From: Kiritimatiellia bacterium
Lineage (GTDB): Bacteria; Verrucomicrobiota; Kiritimatiellia; RFP12; UBA1067
Length of the DNA: 64,000 nucleotides
Assembly: GCA_050949565.1 (NCBI GenBank)
Contig: JBMNFY010000006.1
Coordinates: forward strand, 1 to 64,000
Direction of reading: 5' to 3'
Each line of letters begins with the position of its first letter. The stretch's first letter is position 1. The notes beneath the pieces are model-generated. The model did no database searches and was not told the DNA's origin. It saw only the letters and a list, made by a program, of their open reading frames with translations. A program made the translations under genes and the position numbers. Below are positions 50,153 through 58,793 of this stretch, in pieces.

Positions 50153-50261
50153 TGCTGTCTCCAAGGTTCCGTGCCAGTCGTAATGCCAGTTTGATGTCTG
50201 CGGATTGGCCTCGCTTGTCACCCCCGGCGAGCAGGATAATAAAATAACGGATCTCAATCAC
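50142..50261 (-). pseudogene. RelE/HigB-like toxin with in-frame internal deletion (39 aa left)
   Basis: GTG-IEIR joined almost directly to IILLAGGDKRGQSADIKLALRLARNL, i.e. the N- and C-termini of the addiction-module killer family. Confidence 0.8.
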
Positions 50262-50268
50262 GTTTGAA

Positions 50269-50298
50269 ATTGTAGCCGCTCGGCTACACCTCCGTCAA
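50269..50298 (-). promoter_or_regulatory. TA promoter with palindromic operator
   Basis: Minus strand TTGACG-18 bp-TACAAT; perfect IR TGTAGCCG-CT-CGGCTACA (50271-50288) overlaps spacer and -10; GTG lies 7 nt downstream (probably leaderless). Confidence 0.75.
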
Positions 50299-50304
50299 TC
50301 GCTG

Positions 50305-50430
50305 TAATCGGTTAGCCCGCTGTCCGCGCTTCGCACGGGAATGTAAATGAGGATAACTTTGGGTGTAAGTTATAGGCAAGGAGTTTTCGACTTCAGAGTT
50401 CAGAGTTCGATGTTCAGCGTTCTGAGTTAA
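50305..50430 (+). repeat. Dispersed ~120-bp element, copy 2
   Basis: Homologous to the reverse complement of 26186-26300, with extra 7-bp CAGAGTT units. Confidence 0.8.
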
Positions 50431-50532
50431 AAAAACGTTCAACGCTCAACGTTTAACTTTTAACGCTCAAGTTATAGGCAAGTGACAGGGGGGGGACGAA
50501 AATCATGCGTTTCTGGTGAGGGAGTGATGCAT

Positions 50533-50561
50533 GCTTGTGGTCTAACTACCTGTCCCTTAGT
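50533..50561 (+). repeat. ACCTGTCCC boundary motif, copy 2
   Basis: GCTTGTGGTCTAACTACCTGTCCCTTAGT. Confidence 0.8.
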
Positions 50562-50698
50562 CATTTATCCAAAATGCGGCTTGTGTCGCCACTGGGTGTG
50601 TGATACAAAGACACTATGCGTTTGTGTGTGTATCGACGAGCCATCCGCCGCCGCCGAAACCCACGCCCCCTACACCCCCTAACCCACAGGAGCCCGCC

Positions 50699-51073
50699 AT
50701 GAATCCGCTCATCATTATGCCCAAGAGCCTGCTGCCCCTCATCATCGTCCACGGCTGCGCCGCCGTTTTTTTCTGGGGGTGGGTCATCGGAGAATGCTTC
50801 ATCCCGCGCGGCGAACGCCGCGACCGCTCCCGCTGGTCACGCCTCATATACGCCGCCGCCTATTTTTGCCTTTTCGCCCCCATTTTTTTCAGTTGGGCCA
50901 AGCGTGTCCGCTTCTACGACCAGCGCTACGATGTAGCCTTCTACCTGAACAAGGAAATTGTTGACAGAGCTATGGACGCACAGATAAAGGTCAAAGCCGC
51001 CAAACAATTTCTCACAGACGAGGAAATGGGCTACACGCCGGAAGAACTCGGCATCGACCCCCTGCCGCGCTGA
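50699..51073 (+). CDS. Small membrane protein, unknown function
   Basis: AGGAG RBS, ATG 50699; two hydrophobic segments. Confidence 0.55.
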   Translation: MNPLIIMPKSLLPLIIVHGCAAVFFWGWVIGECFIPRGERRDRSRWSRLIYAAAYFCLFAPIFFSWAKRVRFYDQRYDVAFYLNKEIVDRAMDAQIKVKAAKQFLTDEEMGYTPEELGIDPLPR

Positions 51074-51261
51074 CGGCCGCCAACCGATTGTTTATACCCA
51101 CCCCCCGGTTTCGCGCCCCCCCCCCTCCCCCCCCTCACGCCGAGCACCCACGCGCCGGCGGCATCGGTGGAGCAGTGAGTGGGACATCCCGATCAAACCC
51201 CAATGAATCCAACATCATTACACACTAGCACATATGTTTGAGAAACATTTGAGGCAGGCAA

Positions 51262-51354
51262 ATGGGGATAAACATCGAAAAACAGGTCGCCTATTGGCGC
51301 GTAAGCGCTGAGGAAGACTGGGACGTGGGGCGTTCTCTGGTGGAACATGGTTGA
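51262..51354 (+). pseudogene. HEPN-domain toxin, N-terminal 30-aa remnant
   Basis: MGINIEKQVAYWRVSAEEDWDVGRSLVEHG-stop matches the first helix of MNT-associated HEPN proteins; overlaps the MNT start. Confidence 0.7.
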
Positions 51355-51721
51355 TAAGTCAATTATAGAGAAAGTTCGGCAGTACCTCGGACTGGTTCGT
51401 AACGCCGGGGTCGATGTCACGTCGGGCGTCATCTACGGATCTGTCGCACGAGGCGAAGCAACCGAGGACAGCGACATTGATCTGTTGGTGCTCGCGCCCG
51501 AGTTTGACAGCGGCAAGGCCGACAGTCGCATTCGTCTCCTGTGGCGGCTACGTCAGTATGCCGATTCCCGCATCGAACCCGTTGCTGTGGGGGTTCGAGA
51601 GTTCGAAGAGGATGATGCCTCGCCGTTGATCGGTGCCGCTCGGCGTGACGGTTTCATGGTGTCCTTGCCGGCTGTGGGGATGGTCGGCGAAGAGGCGTCC
51701 GATTATGGTGGCACAAAGTGA
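51347..51721 (+). CDS. Minimal nucleotidyltransferase (MNT antitoxin-like)
   Basis: IYGSVARGEATEDSDIDLLVL. Confidence 0.88.
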   Translation: MVDKSIIEKVRQYLGLVRNAGVDVTSGVIYGSVARGEATEDSDIDLLVLAPEFDSGKADSRIRLLWRLRQYADSRIEPVAVGVREFEEDDASPLIGAARRDGFMVSLPAVGMVGEEASDYGGTK

Positions 51722-51727
51722 AGTTGC

Positions 51728-51742
51728 CTAATACCTGTCCCC
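51728..51742 (+). repeat. ACCTGTCCC boundary motif, copy 3 (short)
   Basis: CTAATACCTGTCCCC, 6 nt after the MNT stop codon. Confidence 0.6.
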
Positions 51743-51853
51743 ACACTTAGTCCCATACACTTAGCCGACTGCGCTAGCGACGAAGTGTAACCGACGAAGT
51801 GTAGGGACTAAGCGTAAAACTGCACAAGCCAGTCATCCGTCTTGCGAAGCACC

Positions 51854-51905
51854 GGGAGGGGCAAGCGTCTGCTTGCCCGCGGACGAGCAGACGCTCGTCC
51901 CTCCC
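51854..51905. repeat. REP-like palindromic doublet
   Basis: GGGAGGGGCAAGCGTCTGCTTGCCCGCGGACGAGCAGACGCTCGTCCCTCCC. Confidence 0.8.
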
Positions 51906-52069
51906 ATCCTGCGGTAAAAAATCTGCGTAAATCTGCGGATAAAACCAAAACCACTTCAACTGCTTGCAAATTGTAAGCCGTTCGTTTTCCTCTGCTCTTT
52001 TGTTCAACACACAAAAATCACGCGGCGCGTCATTCAAGGTCGGAATCTGGATGAGCGTCGGCGTCATGC

Positions 52070-52750
52070 CTACAATTCCCCACGAAAGGCTTTGGCGAGA
52101 AGGGCGGATTGGAATTGCGCAATCTCTTGCGTTGTTTCTGTTTGGAGCGCTTCCAACGCTGTCTGTTTTTCTTGGAAGATGGTCAGTTCGTCAACGATAG
52201 CTTGCTGCCTTTGGATGTCGGGGATCGGTATCTCCAGACTGCTCCAGGCTGACGTTTCAAGTTTTTTGGTGCCGTGGCCAGCGGTTTCGATCATACCTTG
52301 CAAAAGATCATTAGCTCCCCAAAGCATGTGGGCGAGGTAGTCGGCTAAGATGCCTTTGGCTGGCACAATGGCTTTCATGTCCTGATTGATTGCGCACGGC
52401 ACATCGGAAACAGCGACAGGAACGTAACGGGCCAATATCATTCCGCGGACGACAAAGAGCACTGAATGAGCCGGGATCAGCTTGGCGGGAGATTCAGCAA
52501 TCGCGGCTTCGGTGATTGGCATGGACGATGTCGCAATACGAAAGGATTTCATCTCCTTGGGCGCAATCCACGGAATATCGCCATCCCAGAAATCGGCGCG
52601 TTCTTTTGAGGGCGTTCCGCCGCCCATCACTTTGCCGCACTTGCCAAGCGGCCTTGCGGGAAACTCTGATAGAAGCGAGCGATATAGATTCCGCCTTACG
52701 TGGAAAAACAGCGTGGTCATTTTATCCACTGCCGCTTGCCGCAGTTTTCG
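52070..52750 (-). pseudogene. hsdS: Type I R-M specificity subunit, C-terminal TRD only
   Basis: GGGTPSK…FWDGDIPW…KEMK…AINQDMKA…IPIPDIQRQQAIV…SALLAKAFRGEL; no start codon or N-terminal TRD. Confidence 0.85.
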
Positions 52751-53904
52751 CGCCCCCAGGCGCCGGGTTTGATCTCCTCGCCTTCCCACTCGGCGCCATC
52801 GTAGGTCAGTACGCTCTCGGCGTGGTAGATGCGGTACTTGGAGAGATAGCCGTCATTGATGCCGCGCTGGATGCCGTATTCAAAAGTTGGACGCCCTTCT
52901 TTTTTTACCGCATCCCAGCAGTCGAAAAAGATGTAGGTGTTGCGGATCAGGCGGCGCTCGTGTTCGCTGATCACGTGCAACTCGCCGGGGTTCGGCGTGG
53001 CGGTCAGGCCGATGTGGATGGCGTCGAAATGGCCGAGCGTGGCGCGGTGGGTGTTGTAGATGGAGCGGTGGCATTCATCGGTGACCACGAGATCGAAATA
53101 GCCGTGGCCGAATCCGTTGCCGCCGAGCTGCGAGGCGATGGTGTCCAGCGTGCCGACGACGATCTGCCCTTCCAGACTGCGCTTGCCGCCGTAAAGGATG
53201 GTTGTCGGCCAGTCGCGCAGATATTCGTCAAAGGTCTCCTTGGCCTGCTTGGCCAATTCGATGCGGTCGACCAGAAAGAGCACGCGGGAGATGATCGCCG
53301 TTTGCAACCAGCGTTTCATCAACATGGCGATGGTCAGGGTCTTGCCTGTGCCGGTGGCCATTTCGAAGAGCATGCGCCGTCGGCCGGCGATGAGCGCGTC
53401 ATCCGCTTTTTTCAGGCATTCAAGCTGATAGGGGCGCGCTTCGATCTCCTCGCCCTTGAAAACGAAACGGCTGGGCAAAGATTGAAGCGAGAGGCTCTGC
53501 CGGATGTCGCCCTTGCGGTGGAGCTTGATGTTGGCCCGCCGTTCGAGGTCGGCCTGTGAAGGAAAGCCCATGACGGGGCGGGCGTCGCCATCGGCGTAGT
53601 CCCAGAAGTAGTGTTCCTGGCCGTTGCTCAGGATGACAAAAGGCGCATTCAGCGATTGGGCATACGCCTTGGCCTGTTCTTTGGCGGTGTAGGGGTCGAT
53701 GGTGAAACGCTTGGCTTCGAGAACGGCAAGCGGGCGGCTGCGGGTATCCTTCAAGAGGTAATCGGCACGCCCGTCGGCGGTCGGTTCTTCCGTGGAGACC
53801 TGAGCCTTGTCGGTGATGCGCCAACCTGCCTGCTCAAGCAGCTTGTCGATCAACATGCGGGCGTCGGCTTCTGTGCTCATGAATTGCGTTCCTGGTTGTG
53901 TCAT
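52717..53904 (-). pseudogene. hsdR: Type I R-M restriction subunit, N-terminal ~390 aa only
   Basis: TEADAR…IDKLL…ADYLL…LEAK (nuclease), RPYQ, MATGTGKT, LFLVDR, DECHRS, GLTATP; C-terminal helicase domain missing. Confidence 0.88.
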
Positions 53905-53967
53905 TTGCCCCAACTTAAGATACCTTTTACTATATTCAGGCAGGGGCGGATTTTCAATTACTTTGTT

Positions 53968-53992
53968 TTGTGCAACTAAGGGACAGGTGTTT
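53968..53992 (-). repeat. ACCTGTCCC boundary motif, copy 4 (inverted)
   Basis: TTGTGCAACTAAGGGACAGGTGTTT; 24/25 identical to 55321-55345. Confidence 0.8.
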
Positions 53993-54095
53993 TGCGTAAC
54001 GACGAGTGCAAAAGCGGTTGGAATGTCATTTTTGGAGGGCGAGTGTCCTCACGAGCCGCCTTCCGCTGTGCGGAGGGATGGTTTCAGGGTTCATT

Positions 54096-55304
54096 GCGGA
54101 GCGTCGGGAGGGACGAGCGTCGCTCGTCCGGGCGGCGTTTTACGCCGCCATCACGGGCAAGATGCCCGTGCCACATCTAGTCACCCGTCTCGCGGAGCAC
54201 TGGGAGGGGCAAGCGTCTGCTTGCCCGCGGACGAGCAGACGCTCGTCCCTCCCCAGCGGCGCGCACTGGGAGGGGCAAGCGTCTGCTTGCCCGCGGACGA
54301 GCAGACGCTCGTCCCTCCCCAGCGGCGGTCACGCCGCCACCCCGTAAAAAAATCTCTGCGCCTCCGCGTCTCTGCGTTAAAAACCGACGAAGTGTAGGGA
54401 CTAAGTGTTGCTCTGCTTTTTCGCCGCTGCATAAGCCATTCATCCGTCTCGCGGAGCGCCGGGAGGGACGAGCGTTGCTCGTCCGGGCGGCGTTTTACGC
54501 CGCCATCACGGGCAAGATGCCCGTGCCACATCTAGTCACCCGTCTCGCGGAGCACTGGGAGGGGCAAGCGTCTGCTTGCCCGCGGACGAGCAGACGCTCG
54601 TCCCTCCCCAGCGGCGGTCACGCCGCCACCCCGTAAAAAAATCTCTGCGCCTCCGCGTCTCTGCGTTAAAAAACCGACGAAGTGTAGGGACTAAGTGTTG
54701 CTCTGCTTTTTCGCCGCTGCATAAGCCATTCATCCGTCTCGCGGAGCACTGGGAGGGGCAAGCGTCTGCTTGCCCGCGGACGAGCAGACGCTCGTCCCTC
54801 CCCAGCGGCGGTCACGCCGCCACCCCGTAAAAAAATCTCTGCGCCTCCGCGTCTCTGCGTTAAAAAACCGACGAAGTGTAGGGACTAAGTGTTGCTCTGC
54901 TTTTTCGCCGCTGCATAAGCCATTCATCCGTCTCGCGGAGCGCCGGGAGGGACGAGCGTTGCTCGTCCGGGCGGCGTTTTACGCCGCCATCACGGGCAAG
55001 ATGCCCGTGCCACATCTAGTCACCCGTCTCGCGGAGCACTGGGAGGGGCAAGCGTCTGCTTGCCCGCGGACGAGCAGACGCTCGTCCCTCCCCAGCGGCG
55101 CTCACGCCGCCACCCCGTAAAAAAATCTCTGCGCCTCCGCGTCTCTGCGTTAAAAAACCGACGAAGTGTAGGGACTAAGTGTTGCTCTGCTTTTTCGCCG
55201 CTGCATAAGCCATTCATCCGTCTCGCGGAGCGCCGGGAGGGACGAGCGTTGCTCGTCCGGGCGGCGTTTTACGCCGCCATCACGGGCAAGATGCCCGTGC
55301 CACA
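54096..55304. repeat. Mosaic tandem array of REP-like units (BIME-like)
   Basis: 96-bp unit A (54445, 54929, 55219, variant ~54096) and 194-bp unit B (54541, 54735, 55025, variant 54186 with doubled REP); order A-B*-A-B-B-A-B-A. Confidence 0.9.
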
Positions 55305-55320
55305 CAGCCCGGTACCGGTC

Positions 55321-55349
55321 TTGTGCAACAAAGGGACAGGTGTTTAGAC
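55321..55349 (-). repeat. ACCTGTCCC boundary motif, copy 5 (inverted)
   Basis: TTGTGCAACAAAGGGACAGGTGTTTAGAC; its reverse complement shares GTCTAAACACCTGTCCCTT with copy 1. Confidence 0.8.
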
Positions 55350-55387
55350 GATTCAAAGTCAATCAGGATTTTGACGGGACGGTGATC

Positions 55388-55468
55388 TTAAACAATCGAT
55401 CCCGATAGCGATCCCGATCCCGATTTGGATGAAACCTTGAAACCAAAGAAAGTTGAAATTTTTTTAGG
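55388..55468. repeat. Partial/deleted copy of MITE family 1
   Basis: TTAAACAATCGATCCCGATAGCGATCCCGATCCCGATTTGGATGAAACC…AGTTGA…TTTTTAGG matches one arm of MITE 1. Confidence 0.7.
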
Positions 55469-55737
55469 CGCAGAGGCACAGAGGTTGCCCTTGTCGGGCC
55501 GATACGACCAATAAAACAAACTACTGCTACGCGAGGATGATGGCACGTGCTTCGCGGATAAAAAAGGCTTTGCACGCCTGCCAGTCGAAGGGCACCAGCA
55601 TAAAATCTGAAACCAAAGCGGTTGCCCCGCGACGTTCGACCCGCGACTTGCGGCTCCTGAATCACAAATCACAAATCACAAATTCTTGGTACAATGGGCG
55701 TTGATCGTGGAAACTGGCGTGTCTTGGGCTCATCCAT

Positions 55738-55950
55738 ATGGGGGAGGGGCACGGACGCACCGCAAGAAAAAGAGAGGCCTGGATGATGATGAGGACAGTT
55801 CGATACGAAAAGCCGGACGCGGGGAAAACACTGCGTGAAATTGCCGGGTGTGTTACGGCGATCGCGGTGGCGGACGGCGCGGACGTGCAGAGCGTGGACT
55901 ACGAGAAGCTCGCCGCCCGGCTGGAGCAGGACGGGCAGGTGTTCAAGTGA
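55738..55950 (+). pseudogene. Probable C-terminal remnant of an FAD-dependent oxidoreductase
   Basis: AIAVADGADVQSVDYEKLAARLEQDGQVF resembles the terminal helix of that family. Confidence 0.4.
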
Positions 55951-56016
55951 GCGCGCGGCACAACAATCCTGTTATGTAAAAAAACTTGGTGAGAACGTGT
56001 TCTGGAGGGAACGGTG

Positions 56017-56235
56017 ATGGCATGGATGGATGCGGAGTTTTGTGAGTCGCGTTGCCCGGTGTGTACGCGGGCGCGGCGGGGCAACCGGCTGGCCAAGCTG
56101 TTGCAGAAGCTGGAGATGGCGTTGACCGGCGGCGGCTGCCCGGCGGGCCGGGCGCGACAGCGGAAATACGGCGTGCGCCCGGATGAACCGCTACCGCGCG
56201 ACCGCGCGTGCGCGGCGCGTGGAGTTAGGAGTTAA
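56017..56235 (+). CDS. Small Cys-rich hypothetical protein
   Basis: GGAGG RBS; CESRCPVC…GCP pattern. Confidence 0.55.
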   Translation: MAWMDAEFCESRCPVCTRARRGNRLAKLLQKLEMALTGGGCPAGRARQRKYGVRPDEPLPRDRACAARGVRS

Positions 56236-56310
56236 CATTTAGGATTTAGGAGTTTCCTGAACAGCCGGAAAAAATTCCTAAAATTGCTCTCACCTCTTAC
56301 CTATTACTTC

Positions 56311-57831
56311 TTACTTACCTATTACTTTTTCCGCGATGGCGGCGCAGGTCGGGGCGGAGGCCAGCAGCGACGTGAAGTCGAGCCGCTCTTCGATCGCGCG
56401 CTGCGCGGGCGTGGCAAGGTCGGCATGGCCGACAAGCAGTGCGCCGACCATGCGGTTGTCGCGGAAGACGAAGGCACGGTAGCGGTCGGGCAGATCCTCT
56501 TCCAAAAACAGTTCGCTGCCGTCTTCCGGCTGGAAGCGGCCGATACTGGTGAGATCAAGGCCGACGGCCTTGATGGTGCTGCTGCGGGGCAGACCGTCGA
56601 AGCGCGCGTTGCCGCCGACGGCATTGCGTCCGGCGATCGTGCCTTGCATCTGCGCAGCGGTCCACAGTCCGTAAAGCTGGCCGTCGAACTCAGCCACGTC
56701 ACCGGCGGCATACACGCCGTCGACCGAGGTGGCGAGCGCGTTATCAACGACGATGCCGGTGTTGACCTTGATTCCGGCCTGATGCGCTAGCGCGATGTTC
56801 GGACGCACACCGATGGTAATCACTGCGAGGCGTGCGGGCAGACGGTGGCCATCAAGCAGTTGCACAGCTTCGAGCGCTTTCTCGCCTTCAAGGGACTGGG
56901 TTTGCGCCTGCTTGAGGATCGTGATGCCGATTCCGCTCAGGTGGCGCTCCAGGTGTGCCGCTGCGGCGGCGTTGAGCTGGCGCTGCATGAGCCAGTCGCT
57001 GCGTTCGAGGAGGGTGACGGCCGCGCCGCACCGCGCCAACGCGGCGGCGGTCTCGATACCCAATACGCCACCGCCGATGCAGATGCAGGGCGTGCCGGGC
57101 GTGAGGCGAGCGAGCAATGCGTCCGCGTCGGTGACCGTGCGCAGGCTGAAGACGCCGTCAAGTTCGATGCCGGGTAGCGGCGGCATGTTGGGGGATGCGC
57201 CTGCGGTGAGCATCAGGCGGTCGTACGGCAGCGTGGTGCCGTCGGCGAGCGACGCCGTGCGCGCGGTGGTGTCGAGTTGCGTGACCTGCGCACTGCGCAG
57301 CAGGCGGATGCGTTGTTCGGCGTACCACGCTTCGGGATGGATGGGCAGCGCATCGCGCGTGATTTCACCGGCTAGGTAGCGGGTGAGGCTGAGGCGGTAG
57401 TAGGGCAATCCCTTTTCGGATGAGACCAGCGTGATCTCGGTGGAGGGCGACGCGGCGCGTGCAGCTTCGGCGGCGGCGAGGCCGGCGATGCCGCCACCAA
57501 CGATCACGAGGCGCGCGGTGGTTGCGGCTGACGCGGTTGACGCGACCGGTGCGGCTTCGGTTTCGACTTTCTTGAAGCACTCGGGTTCTGCACCGCAAAC
57601 GGGGCAGGGGTCTGGCGGTTCCGGCCCTTCGTGGACGTAGTTGCAGAGCAGGCAGCGCCAGCGCGTCTGTGCGAGGCCCGACGCGGCTTCTGTGCCCGGT
57701 GCCGCGTAGGGCTTGAAGTCTCCCGGTCCGGCACCGCAAACGGGACAGCGATCCGGCGGTTCATTTCCGGTATGGATGTAACCGCACGGGACACAGCGCC
57801 ACTGGCGTATGGAGGTTGGTTGCTCGCTCAT
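56311..57831 (-). CDS. Tandem-rubredoxin / NADH-dependent flavin oxidoreductase fusion
   Basis: Two WRCxxCxYxHxGxEPPDxCPVCGA domains; IVGGGIAG, IGGGVLGIE, VYAAGDVAE. Confidence 0.9.
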   Translation of the reverse strand: MSEQPTSIRQWRCVPCGYIHTGNEPPDRCPVCGAGPGDFKPYAAPGTEAASGLAQTRWRCLLCNYVHEGPEPPDPCPVCGAEPECFKKVETEAAPVASTASAATTARLVIVGGGIAGLAAAEAARAASPSTEITLVSSEKGLPYYRLSLTRYLAGEITRDALPIHPEAWYAEQRIRLLRSAQVTQLDTTARTASLADGTTLPYDRLMLTAGASPNMPPLPGIELDGVFSLRTVTDADALLARLTPGTPCICIGGGVLGIETAAALARCGAAVTLLERSDWLMQRQLNAAAAAHLERHLSGIGITILKQAQTQSLEGEKALEAVQLLDGHRLPARLAVITIGVRPNIALAHQAGIKVNTGIVVDNALATSVDGVYAAGDVAEFDGQLYGLWTAAQMQGTIAGRNAVGGNARFDGLPRSSTIKAVGLDLTSIGRFQPEDGSELFLEEDLPDRYRAFVFRDNRMVGALLVGHADLATPAQRAIEERLDFTSLLASAPTCAAIAEKVIGK

Positions 57832-57876
57832 GTCGGAAATCTCCTGAACGTCTTGCTGACGAGTGACAAAGTAGGG

Positions 57877-58767
57877 TCAGCTCCGCTTGGCGCGCAGTTC
57901 GTCGGCCTTCGCGATAATAAAGTCGGAGAGGGCGGGGGCGATCTCGGCGTCTTGGAGCGCGTAGAGGATGTTGGTTTTAATGAAATCGAGGGTGTTGCCG
58001 GCATCGTGACGGCGCGCCTGTACGCGACAGCCGTGCATGGGGTGTCCGTCGGCCACGCGCGCGCGCAATGCATCGGTGATCTGGATCTCGCCGTTCTTTC
58101 CAGGCGGGACGGCGTCGATGTAATCGAAGATGTCGGGCGTGAGGATATAGCGGCTGGCGACGGCGAGGTTCGAGGGGGCTTCGGCAGGAGCGGGTTTTTC
58201 GATCATGTCGCGGATGCGGTAGGTGCGGTCGTCGAGTGCATCGCCGGCGATGATCCCGTAGCGGCTGACACGCTCGGGCGGCACTTCTTCGAGCGCGACG
58301 ACGCAACCGCCGAAACGGTCATGCACGTCGATGAGCTGGCGCGTGGCCGGCACGCCGTCAAGACTCTGCATCAGGGTGTCGCCGAGGAGGACTGCGAAAG
58401 GTTCGTCACCCACATGGTAACGCGCGCAGCGGATGGCGTCGCCGAGGCCGAGCATCTTGCGTTGCCAGACGAAGTGGATGTGGGCCAGTTCGGAGATGGC
58501 GCGGATGCTGGCCAGTTCCTTGAGTTTACCTTTGGCCTCCAGTTCCAGTTCCAACTCGAAGTTACGGTCGAAGTGCTCCTCCAAGGTGCGCTTGCCTCTG
58601 CCGATCACCATCAGGATATCGGTGATGCCGGAGGCCACGGCCTCTTCGACCACGTACTGGATGACCGGTGTATCGACGATCGGCAGCATCTCCTTGGGTG
58701 CCGCTTTGGTGGCGGGCAGGAAGCGCGTACCGAAACCGGCGGCGGGAATAACAGCTTTGGTAACCAT
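57877..58767 (-). CDS. galU: UTP--glucose-1-phosphate uridylyltransferase family
   Basis: KAVIPAAGFGTRFLPATKAAPKEMLP, LGLGDA, IEKP, GEIQITDAL. Confidence 0.93.
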   Translation of the reverse strand: MVTKAVIPAAGFGTRFLPATKAAPKEMLPIVDTPVIQYVVEEAVASGITDILMVIGRGKRTLEEHFDRNFELELELEAKGKLKELASIRAISELAHIHFVWQRKMLGLGDAIRCARYHVGDEPFAVLLGDTLMQSLDGVPATRQLIDVHDRFGGCVVALEEVPPERVSRYGIIAGDALDDRTYRIRDMIEKPAPAEAPSNLAVASRYILTPDIFDYIDAVPPGKNGEIQITDALRARVADGHPMHGCRVQARRHDAGNTLDFIKTNILYALQDAEIAPALSDFIIAKADELRAKRS

Positions 58768-58793
58768 GGGAAAACTCAACTCTCAATTTTCAA

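Noticed and set aside
51097-51135. Poly-C tracts as a phase-variation switch
   Set aside because: Intergenic, downstream of a stop codon and not within a recognisable promoter; low-complexity only.
51774-52067. 97-aa ORF downstream of hsdS
   Set aside because: Only the first ~18 codons look gene-like; the rest crosses REP and periodic repeats, so no call is supportable.
54096-55304. CRISPR array
   Set aside because: Sequences between palindromes are repeated, not unique spacers; units are 96/194 bp; no cas genes in the window.
49797-55349. Classical integron/CALIN
   Set aside because: No IntI, no RYYYAAC…GTTRRRY attC hairpins recognised, and cargo genes face both directions.
53807-55362. 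Short repeated ORFs (MNGLCSGEK…, MPADEQTL…)
   Set aside because: Translations of REP array units with no RBS or domain evidence.
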